Program-made: the position numbers and the translations under genes | Shown: piece after piece, positions 11,804-21,826 of the stretch | Layout of the letters: every line of letters begins with the position of its first letter | Position numbering within the stretch: the stretch's first letter is position 1 | Notes under the pieces: model-generated | Databases searched by the model: none | What the model saw: the letters and a program-made list of their open reading frames with translations, nothing else | Told to the model about the DNA's origin: nothing | Source: Macrostomum lignano | Lineage: Eukaryota | Assembly: GCA_002269645.1 (NCBI GenBank) | Contig: NIVC01002193.1 | Span: 1-64,000 of the forward strand | Length of the DNA stretch: 64,000 bases | Direction: 5' to 3'

Positions 11804-12148
11804 TTACTGGGCGCTCTGAGCCCTGGCAACATCGATCTTGCGCTTCAGCTTGCTGCACTGCAGTGTCGCCTCCGAGTGCTGAGTCTTCAGCGATTCGAGC
11901 CGGCCGCGCTTCTCCGTCACCAGGTCGGCGTTCTCTTCGAAGTTGCGCAGCAAAGCCTCGTTGCCTAGCAGGCCGCTGTTCTGCTTCAACCGCTGGTTGT
12001 CGTTGCGCAACGAGTCGCGAGTTTGCTTGGTTCGGGTCAACTGATCGCGCCTCTTGGACAGGGTCTGGTCTAGCTGGTCCAGCGACTCGCACTGCTCCTG
12101 CCTCTTGCACTGCACGAATTGGAGCTTCTCTTTCAGGTGGGTGAGCAC
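11804..12148 (-). CDS. CCDC96: CCDC96/CFAP184, exon 5 (terminal)
   Basis: Acceptor tctccaacccAG|gtg; VLTHLKEKLQFV...GLLGNEALLRNFE matches the CCDC96 (DUF4201) C-terminus. Confidence 0.9.
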   Translation of the reverse strand: MLTHLKEKLQFVQCKRQEQCESLDQLDQTLSKRRDQLTRTKQTRDSLRNDNQRLKQNSGLLGNEALLRNFEENADLVTEKRGRLESLKTQHSEATLQCSKLKRKIDVARAQSAQ

Positions 12149-12242
12149 CTGGGTTGGAGACGGGCGGGGGGTGGTTGGGGCGCTGTGATTTGCCGCTATT
12201 GGCTCTTGGCTCCCAACCTTTTGTCGTCATTCAGACTTTCTT

Positions 12243-12430
12243 GTCACTCCCACTCTCTGGTCACTCCCACTCTCTGGTCACTCCCCCACTCTCTGGTCAC
12301 ACTCACTCTCTGGTCACTCCCACTCTCTAGTCACTCCCACTCTCTGGTCACTCCCACTCTCTAGTCACTCCCACTCTCTAGTCACTCCCACTCTCTAGTC
12401 AGTCCCACTCTCTGATCACTCCCACTCTGT
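12243..12430. repeat. 17-bp minisatellite (ACTCCCACTCTCTGGTC) in CCDC96 intron 4
   Basis: About 11 tandem copies. Confidence 0.9.
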
Positions 12431-12476
12431 GGTAACTTCTGGCCTCTTGTCACTCCTAACCCGCACCCTCCAGTCA

Positions 12477-12570
12477 GAGTAGCTCAGTGATAATGCGTCT
12501 GATTTTCGAGCCAAAGTAGTACCCGAGTGCGCGATCCCGTGCGCAAAAACACCAATTTGGGGTTACAATT
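12477..12570 (+). mobile_element. Degenerate tRNA-like SINE head
   Basis: GTAGCTCAGTGATAATGCGTCTGA resembles a tRNA 5' half/A-box; degenerate B-box; aatttgggg as in family-1 SINEs. Confidence 0.35.
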
Positions 12571-12618
12571 CTCGCCCATAAGAGACAATCACCAAAGACA
12601 GTGCGTACACTCCCTCAC

Positions 12619-12828
12619 CTGGACATTATTAGTAATCTTCTTCTTTAGTTTAAGCAGCTCCTCCTGTCGCTCTTCAATCTTCTCATTGTAAGTTTGATTT
12701 TCAATCTTCAGTTGCTCAAAATCGATCATGTGCAGGCCCTCGGACAGCTCCTCCTTAGCTTTAAGTGAGGTCTCGCATTTGCGAACCCGGTTGCTAAGGC
12801 CGATGTTGTCAAGGCGCACCCGGGCCAC
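12619..12828 (-). CDS. CCDC96: CCDC96/CFAP184, exon 4
   Basis: cacctgctccAG|gtg ... cag|GTGAGG; 210 nt; GLHMIDFEQLKIENQTYNEKIEER is the CCDC96 signature. Confidence 0.95.
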
Positions 12829-13220
12829 CTGGAGCAGGTGCGATGGATAAAACTCCATTGCAAAATTAACTTAAAATAAAATAATAGACGCAAGATTTTG
12901 AGGCAATAATAAGTATAATATTTACAGTATTAACTCGATGTGCACAAATGAACGCAAAACGGACGAAACTCAGTCTAAAGGGGCAGGCGCAATCTATCTC
13001 AGCCAATGAGAGAGCAGTAAGGAGAGAGGTCGAAGTTAGACGGACGAAGCTCAGCCTAGGGGGGGGGCAGGCCAAATCTGTCTCAGCCAATCAGAGAGCA
13101 GTAAGAAAATAGCTTAAAGTCAGACGGGCAAGAGGACAGTCTAACTGTTTATCGGCCTAGCTGGGAGCTGGGGCACCCACCATCCCTTTTCTCTCTTGCT
13201 CGCTATACAGGCAAGTTCAC

Positions 13221-13682
13221 CTGGTCCTCAAGCGACGCCTCGTCCTGCAGCATGTCGTCAACGCTGGTGCTGAGCGGGTCCTGCGCCTTCCCGCCGCCGG
13301 CCGCCTCTGATCGCTTCTGAGTCACCGCCGGGAACGGACGGCCGTTTGTGGCCGACACCGCCTTCAGGCCGACCTTCCGCTTGGCGTCCAGCTGGCTCTG
13401 GTACAGCACCCGCATCTCCTCCTCGCGGCTCTGGCACTCCAGCTCCAGCTCCTGGATTCGGTCGTCAAATTCCAGCCGCTTGGAATCGCGAGTCCGTCGC
13501 AGCTCGTCCAGATTAGCAACGAACTTGGCGTAACGCTGCTCCTGATCCGTGATAGACTTCTCTGTCTCCTGGCTAGCCTCGGCCTGGCCGCCCTGGTCGG
13601 CCTTCTTCCGCCGGAAATAGTCGCTTAGCTTAGTCTGCAGCAGGCTGTTCTGGTGCAGCTTCTGCTCTCGCTCTTGCATGGC
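13221..13682 (-). CDS. CCDC96: CCDC96/CFAP184, exon 3
   Basis: atttgcAG|gcc ... cag|GTGAAC; coiled coil LQTKLSDYFRRKK...EQRYAKF. Confidence 0.9.
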
Positions 13683-13785
13683 CTGCAAATATACAGCAGT
13701 GGTAGGATGCGAGTATGCGAGTTCAGAATGAATGAGTTTAACGTTAGCAGCTATTTATTTACATAATGTATGTGAGCATACTCAC

Positions 13786-14700
13786 CTGTTTGTAGCTGGC
13801 AATCATGAGCTCTCTGTTGAATTCTTCCTCTTCCACTTCCTCCTCCTCGTATTCCTCTTCTTCTTCTTCCTCTTCCTCGCCCTCCTCGCCCTCGATGCCG
13901 ATCTCGTCGAAGGTCGCGACCATCTCATCCGGCGAGGTCGGCTCGGGCCGCTCGGCCTCCTCGTCAACTTCGTCGATGCGGTCAGCCTGCTGCCGCTCCT
14001 CGCCTGTCGGCGTTGGCTCGCGCGACAACTTCTCGGACACCCGGGCCGGACTCTCCGCTCGCTCGCCATCGGCAAATGTCTCGGAGGTCGGCGGCTGCTC
14101 ACCTTCTTCGCCGTCGGCAGCCTCGGCCTGGCCGTCTTCAGCCGACTCGCCTGTCGCCATCGCCTCCTCGCCGGTGCCTTCTCCAGTTTCACCGGAGGCC
14201 GTTGCCTCCTCGCCTTCGGCTTTGGCCTCACCGTCGCCCTCCCCATCGGCCGCCTCCGCTGTCGCTTCGCCGCCAGCAGCTCCTTCTTCGCCTTCGGCAG
14301 CTGCTGCTTCTTCGCCAGTGCCCGCTCCTTCCGCCGCCGCTGCTTCGTCCGATTGCTGTTGATCGCCAGCTTCCGCTGCCGCATCTCCGTCGGTCGCCTC
14401 ACCTTCGGCCTTCGCCTCCTCCTCTCCGGCCGCTGCGTCGCCAACTTCACCATCATCCTCGGCTTTTCCGTGCGCCTCCTCAGTAGCTGCCTCATCGCCG
14501 TCCGCAGCTTCTGCCGGCTGCTCGGATGCGGTCACAGTCGCTTCGCCGGCTTCTCCACTTCCTGCTTCGTCGTCTGGTGCATCTGCTGCCCCTTCTGCTG
14601 CCGGAGCTTCGGCGGCCTCTTCTTGTTGGGGCGCTGGCTCCTCCTCCTCCTGCGCTGGAGGCGCAGGCTCTGTCTCAGTAGCTTCAGATGCCGCTACCTG
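13786..14700 (-). CDS. CCDC96: CCDC96/CFAP184, exon 2 (Glu/Ala-rich N-terminal region)
   Basis: Donor cag|GTGAGT at 13785; tandem CAG-CAG acceptor (exon starts at 14700 or 14697); long acidic low-complexity ORF ending FNRELMIASYKQ. Confidence 0.8.
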
Positions 14701-15317
14701 CTGATGTTGCGGAGAATTTTTACAGGCTAGTTGCAGCATTGTTTTTGTATTTGGGCATAAATATATGAAAATATACATTTGTATATTTGACCAAGAGACA
14801 ACCTTTGAGCTGCGAACTTTCAGTTCAATAATTCTGCTTTGACGTATTGCCACTTAAGTTACTCGTTGTCACTCATGATTTCTACTGGTCTTCACCTGGG
14901 TTGCGTAAAATGTTTTTAGAACCAAAAATCTCTCATATTTGGTGGTAAGGAAGAGGCAAGATTGAAGTGCTAACTCGTATTTTTTAGTTTTTTTAAATAA
15001 AAAACTATTTTTACTGTTCTAAAAATGACAATGACCCAAACTTTTAGAGTTAAAATTGATCTTGAGTTAACTTAAAATAAAAAATCTTTTTTTCAGAAAA
15101 TTGTGGCTCAGAAAAGTCAGCGCAATTTTTTTTCTATTTTTGCAAATTTATATTTAATTTTAATCCAACTATTTTTTGAAAAAAATAAATGGTTTATTTT
15201 TAAGCTTTTAATAAAGTTATACTCGTACAAACAAAAGAACAAATCTTCTGATTAAAATTACGAAGTGTGGAAAAAAAATTCACCTACAATCTATACAAGA
15301 TTCAAAAATATTTAAGG

Positions 15318-15352
15318 TCTAAAGTCTAAAGTCTAAAGTCTTCTAAAGTCTA
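15318..15352. repeat. 7-bp repeat (CTAAAGT)n in CCDC96 intron 1
   Basis: gtctaaagtctaaagtctaaagtcttctaaagtctaaa. Confidence 0.8.
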
Positions 15353-15428
15353 AAAATCAAGATAAATGTAAGCCTTCTGTCCTGAATCACTGTTTAAGAA
15401 CAGAAGCCACTGCTATTATATCACTTAC

Positions 15429-15488
15429 GTCATCTGACTCGGTGTTTGGCTGATTTTGTTCGGCGATTTCAGTCGGTTCTTCGGCCAT
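15429..15488 (-). CDS. CCDC96: CCDC96/CFAP184, exon 1 (MAEEPTEIAEQNQPNTESDD)
   Basis: aaATGG start at 15488, exactly 20 codons, consensus donor gac|GTAAGT; phase 0 matches exon 2; acidic composition continuous with exon 2. Confidence 0.75.
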
Positions 15489-16021
15489 TTGGTTATATTA
15501 CAGCCAGTTTCCAAATTTACAATGCACTGCACTGTTGTGCGTATGCTGCTATGCTATTGAAAAAGAAAAAGAAAATAAAATTTAAACGGTTAAAAACGGG
15601 TTAGTGACAGAAATGCTGAAAAATATCAAATAAATGTCCTTTTTGCTAATATTTTTTATGTAAAATAATACATTTAGAAACCTGGATTGCAAATTGTTGA
15701 TAAATAATTAGTAAATATAAAATAATATATTTTATTTTGGTTTACTGACAAATACTTTCCGAGTTGAAAGTACCGATTTAAAAAAGTATAGAATACAACT
15801 AGCAATCTACGCCCCCCGTTGGGGAGCCAAAGAAATGCAATACACGTTTTTTTAATAAGCTACATGTATCCTTGAAATCTTAAAAAATCTCCTGTCAAAC
15901 CTTGTAAGCCTCGACATGTCAGTAATTCCCCCCCCACAAGCTTTAACATATCAACTTCCCCCTTGACATCTCAGCAATGCCCCCAATAAGCCTTGGAAAT
16001 CTAAAAATATCTGTCAACCTT

Positions 16022-16083
16022 CTAACCCTAACCCTAGCCTAAGCCTAACCCTAACCCTAACCCTAACCCTAACCTAACCCTAA
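16022..16083. repeat. Interstitial telomere-like (CCCTAA)n tract in Helitron unit 1
   Basis: About 10 mostly perfect CCCTAA units. Confidence 0.92.
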
Positions 16084-16989
16084 AGCATTGAAATTTCAGT
16101 AATTCTCTCTAAGAGTCATTATAGCACTACTACAGCATTATAGCGATTCCCTGCAAGCCTCGACATCGTAGGGATTCCCAAATGAGTCTTTTAACTTCGA
16201 CATGAAGCTTCTTTTATTTTTTACATTACGCTTTTTCTATCAGCGATCCCTCCCCAGAGGAGGCATCAAATAATGTAATAAAAAGTTTTCAATAAACTAC
16301 ATGTAGCTTCTGACTTTAGCCTTGAAATCTCATTTATACCCCGTGAACCTTGCCATCTCAGCTATTCCCCCCGTAAGCCTTAACATGTCAGCGATGGCCC
16401 CCATAAACCTTCTAATCTAAAAAATCCCCTGTTATTCTGTTAACCTTGAAACCCGCTAAAATATAACCCTCAACCCACACCTGACCTAAACCTAACTTTA
16501 ACCCAACCTAAAGCCTTGAAATCTCAGCAATTCTTCTCCCCTAAGCCTTGACATTTTAGTGATTCCTTCTTTAAGAATCACAGCACTATAACGATTTCCA
16601 CCAAGCTTTGACATCGTAGCAATTCCCAAATGAATCTTTTAACTTCGACATGACTTTTCTTTTATGTATACGTAGTGCTACTTTTATTTTTTACATGACT
16701 CTTCTTCTATCAGCGCCCCCCCCGTGGCGAGCCAACAAAGAATGCAATAAAAAATTGAGTAAAGTACATGAACTTTGAAGTAGCTTCTGACTTTTGCTTT
16801 GACATCTCAGAAACAACCCCCCCCCGTAATCTCAGTTATTCTCTGAGAGCCTTTACGTCTCAGTTTTTCTCCCCAGCACAGCATTATAGCTGCATTTAAT
16901 TTTTACATGACACCCTTCATGTCTGACATGATGCTTCTTTTATTGTACCATGATGCTTCTTAATTTTTAAATGACACTTTCATTAGTTT

Positions 16990-17735
16990 TTAAATGAGGC
17001 TTCTATGATTTTTATATGACGCTTCTATGATTGTTTACATGACGCTTCTATGATTTTTACATGACGCTTCTATGATTTTTACATGACGCTTCTATGATTG
17101 TTTACATGGCGCTTCTATGATTTTTTACATGACGCTTCTATGATTGTTTACATGACGCTTCTATGATTGTTTACATGGCGCTTCTATGATTTTTTACATG
17201 ACGCTTCTATGATTGTTTACATGACGCTTCTATGATTTTTTACATGACGCTTCTATGATTTTTTACATGACGCTTCTATGATTTTTTACATGACGCTTCT
17301 ATGATTGTTTACATGACGCTTCTATGATTGTTTACATGGCGCTTCTATGATTTTTTACATGACGCTTCTATGATTTTTTACATGACGCTTCTATGATTTT
17401 TTACATGACGCTTCTATTATTGTTTACATGACGCTTCTATGATTGTTTACATGACGCTTCTATGATTGTTTACATGACGCTTCTATGATTTTTTACATGA
17501 CGCTTCTATGATTGTTTACATGACGCTTCTATGATTGTTTACATGGCGCTTCTATGATTTTTTACATGACGCTTCTATGATTGTTTACATGACGCTTCTA
17601 TGATTTTTTACATGACGCTTCTATGATTGTTTACATGACGCTTCTATGATTTTTTACATGACGCTTCTATGATTTTGTAAATGACGCATCTATGATTTTT
17701 ATATGACGCTTTTTTCTGATATTTTACATGATGCT
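16990..17735. repeat. 22-23 bp minisatellite (ACATGACGCTTCTATGATT[G]TTT) in Helitron unit 1
   Basis: Tandem array. Confidence 0.95.
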
Positions 17736-18570
17736 TCTTTTTAAAAAGTCTTTTAGTTTTCCTGACGTTGAAAAGTTTTAATTAAAAAAATTGTACTCTA
17801 TGAAAATTCGAACCATCGTCGCTGCATTTAGCAGTTCAGTTTGTTCACCTCTAGGCTAGCTCTCATCGTTTTGATAACATCAAATTTTGCACTTATATAA
17901 TTCAACACTTTAAAATCCAAGCATAGAGTAAATCACACGAAGCAGTTATGACATAATCAGTTTCTCAGTCAGTCAGTATCAGTTAACAATATGGTTACGC
18001 AATTTAAATCAAGTCTGGTGCTACGCTTCCACACTGCATTTTCAATTCAAGTCGGAGTTACAATTCAGTTATGATGCAATCTATTTCAGAATCAGAATTC
18101 AACCAGTCAGTTTTTTCTCTAGCATTCTTACAATGCATTTCAAGTCGAAAAGTTTGCTTGACCTTTGCAAAAAAGCATGTTTTTCGAATATTTAATGCCT
18201 TTAGCATCGAGAAATTTCTTAGCCACGATGCATGTACAGTCACGGGAAAATTTCTGATCGAACAGTGCAAGTTCGAACAAAATCGGTCCAGCCATTTTTT
18301 CTCTAATCGATCACATAGACACAGACAGACCATTTTTAGTATATAGGATAGCAATCTACACCCCCCATTGGGGAGCCAAAGAAATGCAATACACGTTTTT
18401 TTAATAAGCTACATGTATCCTTGAAATCTTAAAAAAATCTCCTGTCAAACCTTGTAAGCCTTGACATGTCAGTAATTCCCCCCACAAGCTTTAACATATC
18501 AACTCCCCCCCTTGACATCTCAGCAATGCCCCCAATAAGCCTTGGAAATCTAAAAATATTTGTCAACCTT

Positions 18571-18632
18571 CTAACCCTAACCCTAGCCTAACCCTAACCC
18601 TAACCCTAACCCTAACCCTAACCTAACCCTAA
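18571..18632. repeat. Interstitial telomere-like (CCCTAA)n tract in Helitron unit 2
   Basis: About 10 CCCTAA units. Confidence 0.92.
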
Positions 18633-19564
18633 AGCATTGAAATTTCAGTAATAATTCTCTCTAAGAGTCATTATAGCACTACTACAGCATTATAGCGATT
18701 CCCTGCAAGCCTCGACATCGTAGGGATTCCCAAATGAATCACTTAACTTTGACATGAAGCTTTTTTTTTTTACATTACGCTTTTTTTTATCAGCGATCCC
18801 TCCCCTGAGGAGGCATCAAATAATGTAATAAAAATTTTTCAATAAACTACATGCAGCTTCTGACTTTAGCCTTGAAATCTCATTTATACCCCCGTGAGCC
18901 TTGACATCTCAGCTATTCCCCCCATAAGCCTTAACATCAGCGTTGGGGGTCAGCGTTGGCCCCCATAAACCTTGAAATCTAAAAAATCCCCTGTTATTCT
19001 GTTGACCTTGAAACCTGATAAAATATAACCCTCAACCCACACCTGACCTAAACCTAACTTTTACCCAACCTAAAGCCTTGAAATCTCAGCAATTCTTCTC
19101 CCCTAAGCCTTGACATTTTAGTGATTCCTTCTTTAAGAATCACAGCACTATAACGATTTCCACCAAGCTTTGACCTCAATTCCCAATTCCCAAATGAATC
19201 TTTTAACTTCGACATGACTTTTCTTTTATGTATACGTAGTGCTACTTTTATTTTTTACATGACTCTTCTTCTATCAGCGCCCCCCCCGTGGCAAGCCAAC
19301 AAAGAATGCAATAAAAAAATTGAGTAAAGTACATGAACTTTGAAGTAGCTTCTGACTTTTGCTTTGACATCGCAGAAACCCCCCCCCATAATCTCAGTTA
19401 TTCTCTGAGAGCCTTTACGTCTCAGTTTTTCTCCCCAGCATAGCATTATACTCGTAGCTGCATTTAATTTTTACATGACACCCTTCATGTCTGACATGGC
19501 GCTTCTTTTATTCTACCATGATGCTACTTAATTTTTTAAATGACACTTTCATTAGTTTTTAAAT

Positions 19565-20648
19565 AAGGCTTCTATGATTGTTTACATGACGCTTCTATGA
19601 TTGTTTACATGACGCTTCTATGATTGTTTACATGACGCTTATCTGATTTTTTACATGACGCTTCTATGATTTTTTACATGACGCTTCTATGATTTTTTAC
19701 ATGACGCTTCTATGATTTTTTACATGACGCTTCTATGATTGTTTACATGACGCTTCTATGATTGTTTACATGACGCTTCTATGATTTTTATATGACGCTT
19801 CTATGATTGTTTACATGACGCTTCTCTGATTTTTTACATGATGCTTCTATGATTTTTTTACATGATGCTTCTATGATTTTTTACATGACGCTTCTATGAT
19901 TTTTACATGACGCTTCTATGATTGTTTACATGACGCTTCTATGATATTTTACATGACGCTTCTACGATTTTTTTTACATGACGCTTCTATGATTTTTTAA
20001 ATGACGCTTCTATGATTGTTTACATGACGCTCCTATGATTTTTTAAATGACGCTTCTATGATTTTTACATGACGCTTCTATGATTGTTTACATGACGCTT
20101 CTATGATTTTTTAAATGACGCTTCTATGATTGTTATATGATGCTTCTACGATTTTTTACATGACGCTTCTATGATTTTTATATGACGCTTCTACGATTTT
20201 TTACATGACGCTTCTATGATTTTTTACATGACGCTTCTATGATTTTTTACATGGCATTTCTATGATTTTTTACATGACGCTTCTATGATTGTTTACATGA
20301 CGCTTCTATGATTGTTAACATGACGCTTCTATGATTTTTTACATGACGCTTCTATGATTGTTTACATGACGCTTCTATGATGGTTTACATGACACTTCTA
20401 TGATATTTTACATGACGCTTCTCTGATTTTTTACATGACGCTTCTCTGATTTTTTAAATGACGCTTCTATGATTTTTACATGACGCTTCTATGATTTTTT
20501 ACATGATGCTTCTATGATTTTTTAAATGACGCTTCTATGATTTTTACATGACGCTTCTATGATTTTTTAAATGATGCATCTATGATTTTTATATAACGCT
20601 ACTATGATTTTTTATATGACGCTTCTATGATTTTTACATGACGCTTCT
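19565..20648. repeat. 22-23 bp minisatellite in Helitron unit 2 (longer than in unit 1)
   Basis: Same unit as 16990-17735. Confidence 0.95.
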
Positions 20649-21826
20649 TTTTAAAAAGTCTTTTAGTTTTCCTGACGTTGAAAAGCTTTAATTAAAAAAA
20701 TTATACTCTATGAAAATTTGAACCATCGTCGCTGCATTTAGCAGCTCAGTTTGTTCACCTCTAGGCTAGCTCTCATCGTTTTGATAACATCAAATTTTGC
20801 ACTTATATAATTCAACACTTGAAAATCCAAGCATAGAGTAAATTACACGAAGCAGTTATGACATAATCAGTTTCTCAGTCAGTCAGTATCAGTTAACAAT
20901 ATGCATGGTTACGCAATTTAAATCAAGTCTGGTGCTACGCTTCCACACTGCATTTTCAATTCAAGTCGGAGTTACAATTCAGTTATGATGCAATCTATTT
21001 CAGAATCAGAATTCAACCAGTCAGTTTTTTCTCTAGCATTCTTACAATGCATTTCAAGTCGAAAAGTTTGCTTGACCTTTGCAAAAAAGCATGTTTTTCG
21101 AATATTTAATGCCTTTAGCATCAAGCAATTTCTTAGCCACGATGCATGTACAGTCACGGGAAAATTTCTGATTGAACAGTGCAAGTTCGAACAAAATCGG
21201 TCCAGCCATTTTTTCTCTAATCGATCACATAGACACAGACAGACCATTTTTAGTATATAGGATTATTACTCTAATTGAACGCAAAATTTATTTTATTTTA
21301 TAAAATAAAACACGATTGTTTGTTTTTAGAAAGTGAAGCATTCATTTAAAACATTTCAAATCATTCAATTAAGATTAGGGATTAGGGCTGCTGCAATTCT
21401 AGAAGTGAAGTGAATCTGCTGTCTAAGTCAATACAGCACATTTAAAATAAATCACGTTTTCTTAAGGGGTTTTTTTGCCTTTGAAAGTTTAGAGAATAGT
21501 ACCTCTTTTTATATATTTTCTTTAGAGGCCTAGTACAAACGTCGATATGTCTACAGACGATTAAACTCGTATTAAGCTCGTAAGAAATAGCTTCGTTAGT
21601 AAAATGTATAAAATAGGTTTTTTAGTATAATGGATAAATTCTTGATTTAAAAAGAATGAGCGTGAGTGTCAAACAAATAAACTTTGGCAGTGAGAAAACG
21701 AAGCTGTTTACGTCTTTGTACTTACAATATTTTGTTTTTATAGACATATTGGTGTACATAATTTTTAAACCAATGCGATTTGTACTTTGTTTTACTTATA
21801 CGCTTCGGAAAATTTTGCGCTGACAT

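Larger units (their letters stand above)
15799..18348 (-). mobile_element. Non-autonomous Helitron, unit 1 of a head-to-tail dimer
   Basis: On the minus strand it ends ...hairpin (gctcccc-aac-ggggggc, 15811-15827)...CTAG|T at 15799 and begins TCCTATATACTAAAAATGGTCTGTCTGTG at 18348. Confidence 0.8.
18349..21262 (-). mobile_element. Non-autonomous Helitron, unit 2 of the dimer
   Basis: Near-identical to unit 1 (duplicated ORF-track entries 18071 and 20985); 5' end A|TC at 21263/21262; the whole dimer sits between A and T. Confidence 0.8.

Noticed and set aside
13732-14730. 332-aa hydrophobic plus-strand ORF resembling a membrane protein
   Set aside because: Antisense of the Glu/Ala-rich CCDC96 exon 2.
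14863-14895. Extra 33-nt CCDC96 exon (cccAG|gtgaag...acga|GTAACT) or alternative MSDNE start
   Set aside because: As a cassette it contains an in-frame TGA; as a first exon its phase does not fit the 14700 acceptor; no further support.
16022-18632. True chromosome end or telomere fusion site
   Set aside because: The tracts are ~60 bp, in the same orientation, internal and duplicated as part of a larger element, with genes on both sides.
18058-21260. Duplicated 91-98 aa ORFs as a two-copy gene
   Set aside because: They lie in the 5' terminal module of the Helitron units; no homology, coding bias or splice context.
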